Of a stretch of DNA of 64,000 bases, positions 1 through 11,358 are shown piece after piece. Location: the NCBI GenBank assembly GCA_963789395.1, contig CAWBKP010000011.1, positions 192,001 through 256,000 on the forward strand. Direction: 5' to 3'. The position numbers and the translations under genes are program-made. Every line of letters begins with the position of its first letter. The stretch's first letter is position 1. The stretch comes from an uncultured delta proteobacterium. Lineage in GTDB: Bacteria > Desulfobacterota > Desulfobacteria > Desulfobacterales > Desulfatirhabdiaceae. The notes under the pieces are model-generated. The model ran no database searches, was not told the DNA's origin, and saw only the letters and a list, made by a program, of their open reading frames with translations.

Positions 1-552
1 CAATCCGCTCGAATATCATTTCAATTGCCTTGCTGCCTCCAGCTGAGCAAAATTGTCACGGTCTGTAGAAGAGGTTGAGTTATAAATATATAGATCACTG
101 GATTGCATCTGAATAGGAACAAAAGCGCGATTATTTTGCTCTTTGTTGTATAGAAATCAATCTCATTATATTTTTAAATCGGCACCTTTTCGCAGAACTT
201 GAATGAAAAATGAAAGACAAATCCGAAGAAATGACATAGAAAACCTGAAATTTCAGGCCGTCCGCCTTTGAAATCACACCGCGTCGAAAGGTCAATCAAA
301 CAACTTATTGTGAAAAACCGGCAGGAAAAGCCAGGCTTCAAAAACCCGGCTATCGGCAAGTAAATGTAATTGACAGCATCCGTTACTGATGCTATCAAAA
401 AACGCAATAATATGAATTTTCCATATCAACACCATACCACTTCAACTGGAAATTCCCCTGCCCCAGATAAGTCGAATTAATTCCGGTCAGCAGCAGCTTT
501 GCAGGCAAAAAATCCAACAAGATATGATGACGCCACAACCAGGAAAATCGCT

Positions 553-1617
553 ATGAGACAACTTGCTTGCATTTTTTCCCTTTTTCTCGTGTCCTGCTCG
601 CCTGCCGTGCATGCGAATTTCGATAAGTCGCCGGCGCCGGTGTCTTCCACTCTCATCTGGCCTGCCGGTCTGCCTGTTTATGATCACATCGTGATTGTTG
701 TCGAAGAAAACAAAGATTACGAAGAGATCATCGGTAACGCAACCGCCCCTTATATCAATACCGTGCTGAGGAAAGCGGGAGCAAATTTTACACGGATGTA
801 CGGCGAAGAACACTTCAGTCAGGGTAACTACTACTGGATGTTTTCAGGCGGCAATCAGACCGTCGGCTTCACGGATCAGGTTCCGTCTGAAAGGAATAAT
901 CCCGGCTACCCGTTTAAAACCGCCAATCTGGGCGAGCAATTGATCCATAAGGGGTTGTCCTTCAAAGGCTATGCGGAGAGCCTGCCTGAAATCGGATTCA
1001 CGGGCGATAAAGCGTCGGCAGGCCTTTATGCCAGAAAGCACGTTCCCTGGATCAGCTTTGCCAACGTTCCCAACGGCGAAAAAGTCGCAACCTCTTCCAA
1101 CCTCAGGTTTGCGGATTTTCCCTCCGATCCTTCCGGGTATGACGCCCTTCCCACCGTTGCCTTCGTCATTCCCAACCTGGACAACGACATGCACAACGGC
1201 CCCATCACCGAGAGCATTCCGGCAGGCGACCGCTGGCTGCGGAAAAACATCGACCCCTACTACCAATGGGCCAAGGATCACAACAGCCTTCTGATTCTCA
1301 CATTCGATGAAAACAATGACAAGAGAGGCTACATGGGACTGACAAACCCGTTGGTGGACCCGCAGGCATGTGTCGGCGACGGCCGCGATCACGAGTACTG
1401 TATCGACATGCAGAATCGAATCGTCACGATCTTTGCAGGAGCGCATATCAGGCCCGGTGATTATCCGGAGGGCAAGGGGATCACACATGTCAGCATTCTG
1501 CGCACACTCGAAGCCATGTACGGGTTATCCAAAGCAGGCGTCCAGCAGCCCAATGCAGCCGGAGGCGGCATCGCCGACGATTTCATTATCACAGACGTAT
1601 TTGAGACCGTAAAGTAG
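553..1617 (+). CDS. Exported phosphoesterase / acid phosphatase family protein
   Basis: Motifs DHIVIVVEEN, SQGNY, YARKHVPW, DMHNG, LILTFDE; N-terminal signal/lipobox-like segment; ATG at 553 after AGGA. Confidence 0.85.
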   Translation: MRQLACIFSLFLVSCSPAVHANFDKSPAPVSSTLIWPAGLPVYDHIVIVVEENKDYEEIIGNATAPYINTVLRKAGANFTRMYGEEHFSQGNYYWMFSGGNQTVGFTDQVPSERNNPGYPFKTANLGEQLIHKGLSFKGYAESLPEIGFTGDKASAGLYARKHVPWISFANVPNGEKVATSSNLRFADFPSDPSGYDALPTVAFVIPNLDNDMHNGPITESIPAGDRWLRKNIDPYYQWAKDHNSLLILTFDENNDKRGYMGLTNPLVDPQACVGDGRDHEYCIDMQNRIVTIFAGAHIRPGDYPEGKGITHVSILRTLEAMYGLSKAGVQQPNAAGGGIADDFIITDVFETVK

Positions 1618-1645
1618 TGGCGCATTCGACAAAAAGGAAATCATC

Positions 1646-2890
1646 ATGAGCCCCCCCATTGCCGCAACATGTGACGTCCGACCCAAGGGCAAGGAAAATG
1701 CTACAGCCTTCAAGGTGCTGGGAGCCATCAGCTTTTCGCACCTTCTAAACGATATGATCCAATCCCTGCTGCCGGCTATTTATCCCCTGCTGAAAAGCGC
1801 GTTTTTCCTCAGTTTCACCCAGATCGGCCTGATCACGCTGACATTTCAGATCACCGCATCCTTGTTGCAGCCCATGGTGGGACTATACACGGATCACCAC
1901 CCCAAGCCCTATTCATTGTCCATTGGCATGGGATGCACCTTAACAGGCCTTGTCATTCTGGCTTTTGCGCCAAGCTACGGCATACTGCTGATTGCCGCCG
2001 CAATGGTCGGCATGGGCTCATCATTTTTCATCCGGAATCATCCCGGGTGGCGCGAATGGCTTCCGGCGGTCGATTTGGATTGGCGCAGTCGATTTTCCAG
2101 GTGGGTGGGAATGCCGGCAGCGCAACAGGTCCGCTTCTGGCTGCCTTGATAATCATTCCCCAAGGCCGACACAGCATTGCCTGGTTCTCGCTGGCTGCGT
2201 TGCTCGCCATGCTGGTGCTGTGGCAGGTCGGTGGCTGGTATAAGCGCCAGCAATCGCAAATGGCCCGGCCGGACAAATCCTCCATGCACTCCGAGGAGGC
2301 GCTGCCTTCACGGACGGTGGCAAGATCGATGGTGGTCCTGCTGATACTGATTTTCTCGAAATTTTTTTACCTGGCCAGTCTGAACAGCTACTACATTTTT
2401 TTTCTGATCAGCAAATTCCACCTTTCGGTGCAATCCGCCCAAATTCACCTTTTCGTGTTTTTATCAGCTGTTGCCATCGGAACCGTCTGCGGCGGGCATA
2501 TCGGCGATCGAATCGGCCGCAAGCGTGTGATCTGGGTCTCCATTCTGGGCGTTGCGCCCTTCACGCTGATTTTGCCGTACGCGACTCTGGCATGGACCGG
2601 ACCGTTGACTTTCATCATCGGCCTGATTCTGGCATCGGCTTTCCCTGCGATTCTGGTTTTCGCACAGGAACTTTTGCCCGGGAAAAGTGGGGATGGTATC
2701 CGGGCTGTTTTTCGGACTTGCATTCGGTATGGCCGGTATTGGTGCGGCGGTGTTGGGGAAACTGGCAGATTTGCAGGGTATCGACTATGTCTACCGGGTG
2801 TGCGCATTCCTGCCGTTATTTGGATTGTTGACGGTTTTTCTGCCGGACTTGGGAAGACCGACTATTAAGAAGATCCCCCTATCTCCATGA
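1646..2890 (+). CDS. fsr: MFS transporter, fosmidomycin-resistance (Fsr) family; split by two frameshifts (~2030, ~2685)
   Basis: SHLLNDMIQSL, FHPESSRVARMASGGRFGLAQSIFQVGGNAGS and GMVSGLFFGLAFG lie in three consecutive ORFs. Confidence 0.85.
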
Positions 2891-3052
2891 CACACACGGA
2901 TGTGGAAGGATGACGGTCCGCTAAAAACAGGCGCACAGTGTATTTTCGCGCAAAAGCCATGCAAGAATGGGAGCAACGGTGAACCCGTTGCCATATGATG
3001 ATCCAGGGAAGGGCGGCTTAAGCAGGATGGCAAGACAGCGGCATTTTTTGCG

Positions 3053-3487
3053 TTAAATCTCCCAGAAGTGATTATAGAACTGGCTCAAAATTTCTTTATG
3101 TTCCTCGTAAAATTTAACGCCGACCCCTTCTTCCGTTCGCCGGACAACTTTTCCTTTCGCTTTGATATTTCCTTCCATACCGGGAATGGAAGCAACCATG
3201 GTGGTGTCATCGCCGACAGCAATGGGCTTTGTTGTTCTGATGAATGCCCCACCGGAGCTGATATTCTCAAGGGTGTCGGAATAAAATTTGTCCTTGACGG
3301 AATAATCCACGGTGACTTTGAAATATTTTCTACCCGTATTTCTTTTGTCACCTGCTTTTGCAATAATTTTAACATAATTAAGCAACTCATGCTTTTGTTT
3401 ATTAGAAAATTTCTTGACCATCTGCGTGAGCATTTCGATCAATCCGGAGTCGTCCATCATGTTTTTTTCTGTTGTCATGTTACACAT
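3053..3487 (-). CDS. PilZ domain protein
   Basis: RxxxR (KRNTGR) and NISSGG motifs; GKVVR...GVGVKF. Confidence 0.75.
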   Translation of the reverse strand: MCNMTTEKNMMDDSGLIEMLTQMVKKFSNKQKHELLNYVKIIAKAGDKRNTGRKYFKVTVDYSVKDKFYSDTLENISSGGAFIRTTKPIAVGDDTTMVASIPGMEGNIKAKGKVVRRTEEGVGVKFYEEHKEILSQFYNHFWEI

Positions 3488-3970
3488 CCTTAAGCCAGAA
3501 ACGTTTAGATCGGGGTTAAAGCCATGAGTTGCCCTTTGGATAACTGGTTCTGGTTAACACCAGACCCGGATGCTGTCAAGAATGTTTTCTTTCCGATCCC
3601 CAAAAGCGTGCAGGGATAAACATGCAATCATTTCCCCTGCATCTTTGCCTGAACTTATAGCCAATAGGAATTTACTGTCCGGATCCGGACAACCTGCTGA
3701 TCTTCGCCAAGAATCCAAACTCAGGCCACATATGTCAAAAAGCAGTGTTCACTTTAATTCTCTATTGTATGTAGGCGAAAAATCGGTTTGATTTTTCGGT
3801 TTTCATACGGAAAAACAAAAGAGATCTGGGCGACGGATATTTCAAGGCCGGCGGACGCAGATTCACGGAGGTTGAAATGGGATTGTTTGCACGAAAAAAG
3901 CCGGTAGAGATTCTCTGGAAGTATTGAACCAGCATCTGGATGAATGCCGGGAAAGGGTTCAGGCGCTGCA

Positions 3971-4516
3971 TCATATTTTGGACGTTTTCGAAATGTCGAA
4001 AATGCCGAAGGGAAACCGGCCCGATGCCCGGTCCTGGAAATAATGCCGAAGGGTTTCGGTAATGACGGTAAAGGACAGATCGTTCCAGGGGATTTGCGCT
4101 TCGCTGAAAAGACGGACATCGAGGCTTTCACTGCCCGCGGAAAAATTCAGATCCGCCAGCCGGGCGCGAAACATAAGATATATCTGATCGATGTGACAGA
4201 TGTTAAAAAGCAGATACGGTCTCAGCCCGACAAGACGGGCCCTGGCCTCTTCGTATGTCTCTCGTTCTGCGCAGGCATTGACCGTTTCTCCGTTCTCCAG
4301 ATATCCGGCCGGAAGCGTCCAGGTCCCTATCCGGGGTGCGATGGCCCGGCGGCAGAGCAGAATCCTGCCTTCATGCTCGGGAATGCTGCCCACCACCATT
4401 TTGGGGTTTTCATAGTGTATGGTGCCACATGCCGGACAGAAAAACCGGGGGCGGTCATCGTTTGGGGGCGTTGTGAACGTCAGCTCACCGCCGCAGTCGC
4501 AGCATCGATTCATCAT
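3971..4516 (-). CDS. NUDIX hydrolase with N-terminal zinc ribbon
   Basis: CxxCG...CxxC ribbon, ENPKMVVG, Nudix box GYLENGETVNACAERETYEEA; start overlaps the upstream stop (ATGA). Confidence 0.85.
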   Translation of the reverse strand: MMNRCCDCGGELTFTTPPNDDRPRFFCPACGTIHYENPKMVVGSIPEHEGRILLCRRAIAPRIGTWTLPAGYLENGETVNACAERETYEEARARLVGLRPYLLFNICHIDQIYLMFRARLADLNFSAGSESLDVRLFSEAQIPWNDLSFTVITETLRHYFQDRASGRFPFGIFDISKTSKI

Positions 4517-5554
4517 GGGGGGCCCATTATCACATCCGGCGGGATCAGCGTTTTTTTCAGCATATCGGCATTCTCCGCAAGCAGATTCATATACACCGTC
4601 TCCATCGCGATCATTTCCCGGTCTTCGTGCCGGAGCCACTCCGAAAGCCATGCAAACCGGATGGCGATGACAAACTCGATCAGCACCTCCCAACTGAGAT
4701 GCGAGATCCATTGAGACCCTTGTAATCTCCGAATGAATTTTCGGACAAGATCACCGAGCAGGGCCTTGGGATCTTCGATGCCGATGCAACCGATAAGATT
4801 GGCTGCATCGTATATTTCCGGTTTGGTTCCCAGAAATTCCCAGTCGATCACGGCATGGATCCCATCGTGCGACCAGATAATGTTCAGCGGGTGAAAATCG
4901 CCGTGGCAGAACGATAGAGGAAGCAGGTCGTGAACGTTCATGAAACGCTTTTCCATAAAACGAATCACCGGCCTGATTCCGTCCAGCACCTGTGGCGCGT
5001 GCGTCTGAATCTGCGCCGTGAGTTTTTGAATATAATCTGTTATTGAAAACACGGAAAGCGCTTTAATAAACGGAATATCCCTGGACAGGGCGTGCTGCCG
5101 GATCAGAAAATCCGCCATCACCTCTCCTCGCCAGCCATCCCAAACGTATTCCGGCCGGATCAGGGGCGTGCCGCAGCACAAACGGCGACAGTTGCCAGAG
5201 GCGGTTGTTGCAATGGACGATATATCCGCCGGACGTGCTGCAAAGATAGGGAACGATTGCCGGCAATCCCTTTTCTGAAAGAAAATTCAGACTGGTAATG
5301 ATTTCAAGCTTGTGATCGGCGTCCGTTTCAAACAGGCTTTCCAGCACGTACAGCCTGATTGCAATCGCATTCAAGCACCAGCCTGAGTTCGCACCTGTCC
5401 GGACTTCCGGCAATCTGAAGATCCCTTCGGATTTGCCGAACGGAAAGGTTCCATTTGCCGGCAGCTTCGGCAGCAAAATGATCTATTTCGAACGAGACTG
5501 TCATTCCGGGATGCGATGCCTGTTATTTTCACGGTCACCAATCCTGCCTGTCAT
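4513..5554 (-). CDS. Aminoglycoside phosphotransferase / homoserine kinase type II family; frameshifted
   Basis: CHGDFHPLNI and VIDWEF motifs; N-terminal part spread over frames 5063-5554; ATGA coupling at 5551-5554. Confidence 0.75.
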
Positions 5555-7053
5555 TTCAGTTCCTCCCAGGCTTTCTTGCGGTCCGTTACGGGAAAAGGCC
5601 GACGCAGCTCCTCAAGGACATCTTCCACATAGTCGGGATGCCGCATGCCCACCAGCACAACGGAGATCCCCCGCGTGGTCCGCAGGGCCCGGACAGCCTT
5701 CTGGCTGAAGGTGCCCGGTTCGGCCCAGTCGGAATCGGCAGTGGAAAGCGCCCGTTTCAAGCCGGTGATACGGCGCCTGGCCATTTCCGCGTAAAACGAC
5801 CCGATGGCTTCAAAGACCTCGCTCAGCACGGTTTCATGGCCGGACATCCATTTCAAAAGTTCCGGGTTTTTGGCGGCATGGGGCTGAAGAAACGCCATGG
5901 CCCCTTGAATGCGGGGATAAAAATGTCCGTCCCGGGTCTGACACCAGCGTTCGTAGGAAGAAAAATTGCGCCAGTAATGTTTCAGGGAATCCGCGATGCA
6001 GAGCTGCTCTTTGAGGCGGAGCTTGAGTCCGTCGGGAATTTCCAGCTCCGGAAGCATCCGCCGCCAGAAACGGGACTCAGAGCCGCCCACAGCGCCGATT
6101 CGCGCCGTAATCAGATGATCGGCGAGTCTCTCGGGTTCCGCAGGCTCCGCCAGCCGGATCAGGGCATTGCCGGTAAAGGCGTTCAGCGGCCGGTTGATCA
6201 TCACCGCCAGGCGATGATCGGCTGCAAACTCCAGAACGGTCTTTGGCCCCGGCTGATTGGCGGTTAGAGCAGCCCCGGTTTCAAGAAGATTCATGGGAAA
6301 CTGGATGATGCGGAAATGATGATCCGGAACGATGTCTTCTGCCATCTCCCACAATGCGGACACGGCGGTAAACTCCGGATCATCCTGCACTGCGGGAAAG
6401 GTGTTGGAACTGACGCCGTACCAGCGAATGCGTCCCTTGACGACTTCCGATTCCAGATGGACAAACGCCTGCCGGATGCGGCGATAATATTCCCGTCGGG
6501 CGGCATCCGGTTCCATGCCGCTTTGATGGGCCCATCCCAGATAATATTCCGGATTGTGAAGCAGATATGCGTCGATGGTCGAAAGGCCCAGCCGATTCAG
6601 GCTCCCGGTAAGCTGAGAGGCGATAAACTCCGGATGGATGCAGTGCTCCAGTCCTTCGGAAACCGTCACAAGTTCAGGAAACGGCTGGTTTGCCTCCCGG
6701 CGGGCCTGGCTCTCGGCATAGTTTCTGCCCTGAAGGTATCCGACCTTGGATACCACCACGATGTTTTCCCGCCGCACGCCGCCGGATTCTATCAACTCGG
6801 CCAGCACGCTGCCGACCAGGGCCTCGGAGTCGCCATCGCCATAATTGGTGCTGGTATCGATCAGATTGATTCCGGAAAGCAGCGCCTTGCGAAGGCTCTG
6901 CCTATGATTGGCGACATCCGGCGTGATGCGGTAACATCCAAAACCCGCCTGACTGGTCATCAGGCCGGTGTTTCCAAAGTGTCCATAAACCATCGGCGCC
7001 TGCGTGTCCGCCAGCACAGCGGTTGCCTCAGGCGTGGCGTATCCATCAATCAT
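5551..7053 (-). CDS. Aldo/keto reductase family protein
   Basis: GFGCYR, GINLIDTSTNYGDGDSE, VVSKVGY, DAYLLHNPE, VVLVGMR. Confidence 0.85.
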   Translation of the reverse strand: MIDGYATPEATAVLADTQAPMVYGHFGNTGLMTSQAGFGCYRITPDVANHRQSLRKALLSGINLIDTSTNYGDGDSEALVGSVLAELIESGGVRRENIVVVSKVGYLQGRNYAESQARREANQPFPELVTVSEGLEHCIHPEFIASQLTGSLNRLGLSTIDAYLLHNPEYYLGWAHQSGMEPDAARREYYRRIRQAFVHLESEVVKGRIRWYGVSSNTFPAVQDDPEFTAVSALWEMAEDIVPDHHFRIIQFPMNLLETGAALTANQPGPKTVLEFAADHRLAVMINRPLNAFTGNALIRLAEPAEPERLADHLITARIGAVGGSESRFWRRMLPELEIPDGLKLRLKEQLCIADSLKHYWRNFSSYERWCQTRDGHFYPRIQGAMAFLQPHAAKNPELLKWMSGHETVLSEVFEAIGSFYAEMARRRITGLKRALSTADSDWAEPGTFSQKAVRALRTTRGISVVLVGMRHPDYVEDVLEELRRPFPVTDRKKAWEELK

Positions 7054-7337
7054 ATTCCCCTCCCCCCATACATCCGGTGGTAGACCGGCAACCGGATTAT
7101 CCCGCCGGTCTGTGGCAAAAACCCGAAACGATGTGAAACATCGTAAATCAATTTTGATTTCAAAGCAAGTACAGGGTCGGCCCCTGGCCCCGCAAAGTCT
7201 CAAACTCAATCGCATCGGGCCTCTTCTGCCTGATTACAAAACCACATTAAACACGACAAGCGGCGACAGTTCTCATCTTCTTCCTTGACACCCGAAGCAT
7301 TTTTTGTGAAGCTCAAAAAACAGCAAGGAGAAATCAC

Positions 7338-8565
7338 ATGCAAACTTACAACCCGGAACAGGCATTGGCGGAGGCAAAAAGGGAATTCGGGGAACACGGC
7401 GGGGTGACGCCTTCCATAGCCAGATCTTCCACGTTTACGGTCATGGACCCGGCGATCATGCCGGAGATTTTCGGCGGAATCAGAGGCCCTGAAAGCGGGG
7501 GCTGCTTTCTCTACAGCCGGCATTTTAACCCCACCGTGGATATTCTGGCCCGCTACCTTGCCGCCATAGAGGGAACCGAAGCCGCGGTCTGCACCGCAAG
7601 CGGCATGTCCGCCATTTCCTGCACCCTGCTGCAGCTCTGCAACAGCGGCGATCATATCGTTGCCAGCAACACCATTTATGGCGGCACGCATGCACTCTTA
7701 AAGGAGCTGCTGCCACAGCTGGGCATCACCACAACTTTTGTAGATATCAGTGATATGACGGCTGTTGCGGCGGCAATCACCGATCGCACCCGGATTCTTT
7801 ACGCGGAAACGCTGGGCAATCCGACGCTCAAAGCTGCCGATATTCCGGCCCTCTCCAGTCTTTCCCGCAAACGGAACCTGACATTTGTCGTGGACAATAC
7901 ATTCTGTCCCATGATGGTGTCGCCGGCAAAACTCGGGGCGGATATCGTGGTCTATTCTCTGACCAAGTTCATGAACGGCGCAAGCGACCTGATCGCCGGC
8001 GCCATCTGCGCCGGCAAGGCCATGGTTCACCGCCTGATGGATCTTCACACCGGGCGCATCATGCTGCTGGGACCCACCATGGACCCCCGCATCGCCTTTG
8101 ACGTGATCCAGCGCCTGCCGCATCTGGCCATCCGGATGAAAGAGCACGGACGTCGCGCCATGGCCATCGCCGGGCACCTGGCATCCCTTAACGTACCGGT
8201 CTGCTATCCGGGCCTTTCCACCCATCCGCAGCACGACCTGTTCAGCCGCATGCTGAACGCTGGGATTCGGATACGGCGGCATGATGACCATCGACTGCGG
8301 GAATCAGACAAAAGCCGATGCACTGCTGTCCTGTCTTCAGAATCAGGAAGACTTCGGATATATCGCCGTGTCCCTTGGCTATTTTGATACGCTGATGTCC
8401 TGCTCGAGCTCAACGACATCTTCGGAAATCGACCCGACAGACCAGAAAAGCATGGGGTTGTCCCCTGGACTGGTCCGGCTGTCCATCGGGTTTACCGGAG
8501 ACCTTCACACACGCATTCAGCAGATCGACCGGGCGGTTAAATCCGTCGGCCTTGATGCTGCCTGA
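7338..8565 (+). CDS. Methionine gamma-lyase-like PLP enzyme (Cys/Met metabolism family); frameshift ~8265
   Basis: YSRHFNPT, ASGMSAI, VVDNTF, SLTKFMNG (PLP lysine), AVSLG, LVRLSIG. Confidence 0.85.
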
Positions 8566-8609
8566 AAATACCTGCCATACGGCAAAACATGGCGAAAGGA
8601 ACGCATACG

Positions 8610-9517
8610 ATGAAAGACAATGCCAAAGCCATGGTTCTTGCGGCCTTTGCTGCCGATGCACTGGCCCTGGGAGCCCACTGGATCTACGACACGGATCAGA
8701 TCTCCGCCACTTTCAAACGGGTGGAGTCATTTCAAAAACCCGGAGCAAACTCCTACCATTCCACCAAAACCGCAGGAGAATTCACCCATTACGGTGACCA
8801 GATGCTGGTTCTGCTGGAATCCATCGCAGCCTGCCATGGATTTGATCTCAAGCATTTTGCCGCGCTGTGGCAGAAGCATTATCAAAGCGATCCCGGCTAT
8901 ATCGACCATGCCACCCGATCGACACTTGGCAATTTCAAGGACGGAAAACCTCCGGAGTCCGCCGGTTCCGAATCCACCGAACTGGGGGGGCGGCAAGAAT
9001 AGCGCCGCTGGCCTACGCATACCGCAACGACATGGATGCGCTGGTAAATAGCGCCCGAATCCAGACGGCCATGACCCACAATAACGTTCTGGTGACCGAC
9101 AGTGCGGCTTTTTTTGCCGCGGCCGTTTTCCGCATTCTGCAGGGGGATACGCCCGTAGCTGCCATCAAGGCGACAGCCGCCACGCAATTCAACCGCGAAC
9201 CGTTTCAGACATGGGTGAATAACGGCATCGAAAGCAGCTCTTCAGACACGCTCTCCACTATAAAAAAATTCGGGCAGATGTGTGGGGTCGGCGCCGCATT
9301 TCCAGCCGTGATCCACCTGGTTGCCAGATACGAAGACAATCTGCAGGATGCTCTCATCGAAAACGTAATGGCAGGCGGAGATTCAGCCGCCCGGGGAATG
9401 ATCGCTGGCATGCTGCTCGGGGCCTTTCACGGAATCGCAGCCATCCCTGAATCCTGGTTGACAGAAATGGCGGCCCATAAGAAAATCATCTCTTTGTTGG
9501 CTGACATCGATGCATAA
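8610..9517 (+). CDS. ADP-ribosylglycohydrolase family protein; frameshift ~8990
   Basis: ADALALG, FTHYGDQ, QTAMTH, NVMAGGDSAARGMIAGMLLGA. Confidence 0.8.
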
Positions 9518-9576
9518 GAATCACTAGTAACGGTTTCAGGGGACACAAACAGTTTCAGTTATACCGGGAGGCCGTC

Positions 9577-10422
9577 ATGGAAATAGGCCAGGAAGCGGAC
9601 GGCGTTCAAACGCTGTATTCCGACGAGGTTAAAAAATTCATCAACGAACATTCAGAAGGTGATTACGTGCTTCTTGATGTGCGTCAGCCCGGAGAATACG
9701 AACTGGGGCACCTTCCGGGAGCCAAATTGATACCGCTCCCCCAACTGGCCGATTCGCTGAAAGAGCTGGATGCCGCCAAACCCATTATCGTCTACTGCGC
9801 GGTGGGAGGCCGCAGCCGCATGGCGACCCAGCTTTTGACGAATCTGGGATTCAAGGATGTTTTTCATCTTCAGGGCGGCATTCAGGCCTGGGAGGACCGG
9901 ACTGCAACCGGGCCCAGAGAGTTTCACCTGGATTTTATAAAAGGGGATGAGTCTCCGGAGGAAATCATCCTGCTGGCCTATCGGATGGAAGAAGGGTTGA
10001 AAAAATTCCACGAAGCCTTCCGGGCCAAAACTGATGATGCAGCGCTTTCAACGCTTCTGACCGGCCTTATCAAGGCTGAGGAAAGCCACGAAAAAACCCT
10101 TCTTGAACTTCGGGAGTCGCTGGCATCTTCGGCGCAGGACATCCCATCGGGTCTGACCGGTGCATTTTCAGACGCATTCCAGTCCCGACTCATGGAAGGC
10201 GGCGTGGATATAGATGCTTTCATGAAGCAGAACCAACCGTTTTTAAACGATGTCCCCGGGTATCTCGATCTGGCCATGATGATCGAAACCCAGGCCCTCG
10301 ATCTTTATCTGCGCATGGCTGCCGGCAGCCGAAACGAACTGACCCGAAAAATCCTGCTCCGTATCGGAAACGAGGAAAAGGCACATCTGGCTTTACTGGG
10401 CAACTACCTGAATGAAAAATGA
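9577..10422 (+). CDS. Rhodanese domain fused to ferritin-like (rubrerythrin-type) domain
   Basis: LLDVRQPGEY..GHLPGA, YCAVGGRS, LQGGIQAW; EESH and EEKAH diiron-type motifs. Confidence 0.8.
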   Translation: MEIGQEADGVQTLYSDEVKKFINEHSEGDYVLLDVRQPGEYELGHLPGAKLIPLPQLADSLKELDAAKPIIVYCAVGGRSRMATQLLTNLGFKDVFHLQGGIQAWEDRTATGPREFHLDFIKGDESPEEIILLAYRMEEGLKKFHEAFRAKTDDAALSTLLTGLIKAEESHEKTLLELRESLASSAQDIPSGLTGAFSDAFQSRLMEGGVDIDAFMKQNQPFLNDVPGYLDLAMMIETQALDLYLRMAAGSRNELTRKILLRIGNEEKAHLALLGNYLNEK

Positions 10423-10522
10423 TGGATGCAAAATAACCAGTTGCGGATATTTATTACCCATTCAACCTGAAGACAGATGTTGAAAATTGAATCTGATCCA
10501 CGGTTACTGCCGGTTTGAAGCA

Positions 10523-10538
10523 TGGCACCGGTTTTGCT
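10523..10538 (+). promoter_or_regulatory. Sigma54 (-24/-12) promoter
   Basis: TGGCACCGGTTTTGCT fits TGGCAC-N5-TTGC with GG-N10-GC spacing, about 90 bp upstream of the 10629 ORF. Confidence 0.7.
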
Positions 10539-10628
10539 TTACCTTGAATATGGTTAGATGGGTCGTATTGGACGACTTTTTATAATCAACAGATTCATTA
10601 TCAACAGAACTCAACATAGGTGGAACCC

Positions 10629-10913
10629 ATGAAAAAAATCATTTTGTCCATACTAACCGTGTTTTTTGTTACAGGCTTTCTGGCTGTTGATTCACAGGCT
10701 GGCTGGAACAGAAGACATCGGGCCTACCAAACCGGATATGCCCCCGTAGTCTGCTCACGGCCATATCGACACTATTATGCCCCTGTTCAGGTTGGATATC
10801 TGCAGCCCGCGCCGGTTGTGTATCTGCCGCCAGCACCGGTTGTCTACTCGCCGACTCCCTGGGTGCCTGGCATCAACGTGTTTTTCCCGGGGGTCAACAT
10901 CCGCCTCTGGTAA
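10629..10913 (+). CDS. Small exported Pro/Tyr-rich protein (PAPVVY repeats)
   Basis: Signal peptide MKKIILSILTVFFVTGFLAVDSQA; repeated PAPVVY. Confidence 0.6.
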   Translation: MKKIILSILTVFFVTGFLAVDSQAGWNRRHRAYQTGYAPVVCSRPYRHYYAPVQVGYLQPAPVVYLPPAPVVYSPTPWVPGINVFFPGVNIRLW

Positions 10914-10976
10914 GTATTTAACTTCCGGGGATTCTGCTTGATGATCCTACTGACTTGGCATATAATAGGGCCTGAT

Positions 10977-11307
10977 GCCTGAACGGTAAATCCGTTCAGG
11001 CAAAATTCGAATATCGAAATTCGAAATTCGAAACTAACATCAAAACGGTCGGGATATTCATCTACAAACACACATTATAGAGCCTGTTGAAAATTTCCGC
11101 TGTTCGTCACCCCGGTGAAAATCGGGGTCCAGAACCCTTTGAATCCAATGGATACCGGCCTTCGCCGGTATGACGGAAGAGGCAATTTGAACGGGTTTTG
11201 CAAGAGGCTCTAGAGTTATTAATTTTTATTATTTGTCATTGTTTCGAATTTCGGATTTACCTGTCTTGATTATTGTTTCGGTATTCGTGCTTCGAATTTC
11301 GAATTTA
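10977..11307. repeat. Heptad inverted-repeat element (family A), no gene, with outer hairpin and nested MITE
   Basis: Hairpin gcctgaacgg-taaat-ccgttcaggc 10977-11001; left arm aaattcgaatatcgaaattcgaaattcgaaac; inverted right arm ending ttcgaatttcgaattta at 11307. Confidence 0.8.
11078..11212. mobile_element. MITE-like element with 17-bp imperfect TIRs enclosing a REP-like double hairpin
   Basis: tagagcctgttgaaaat ... ttttgcaagaggctcta; interior gtcaccccggtgaaaatcggggtccag ... tggataccggccttcgccggtatgac. Confidence 0.65.
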
Positions 11308-11358
11308 TATATTCTGGTCGTTGCTTCACACTCCGGTCCGTAACAAAGGAGACATGAG

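Noticed and set aside
1..498. Short ORF 174-407 or an ncRNA in the AT-rich leader
   Set aside because: No recognisable motif, RBS or RNA family signature.
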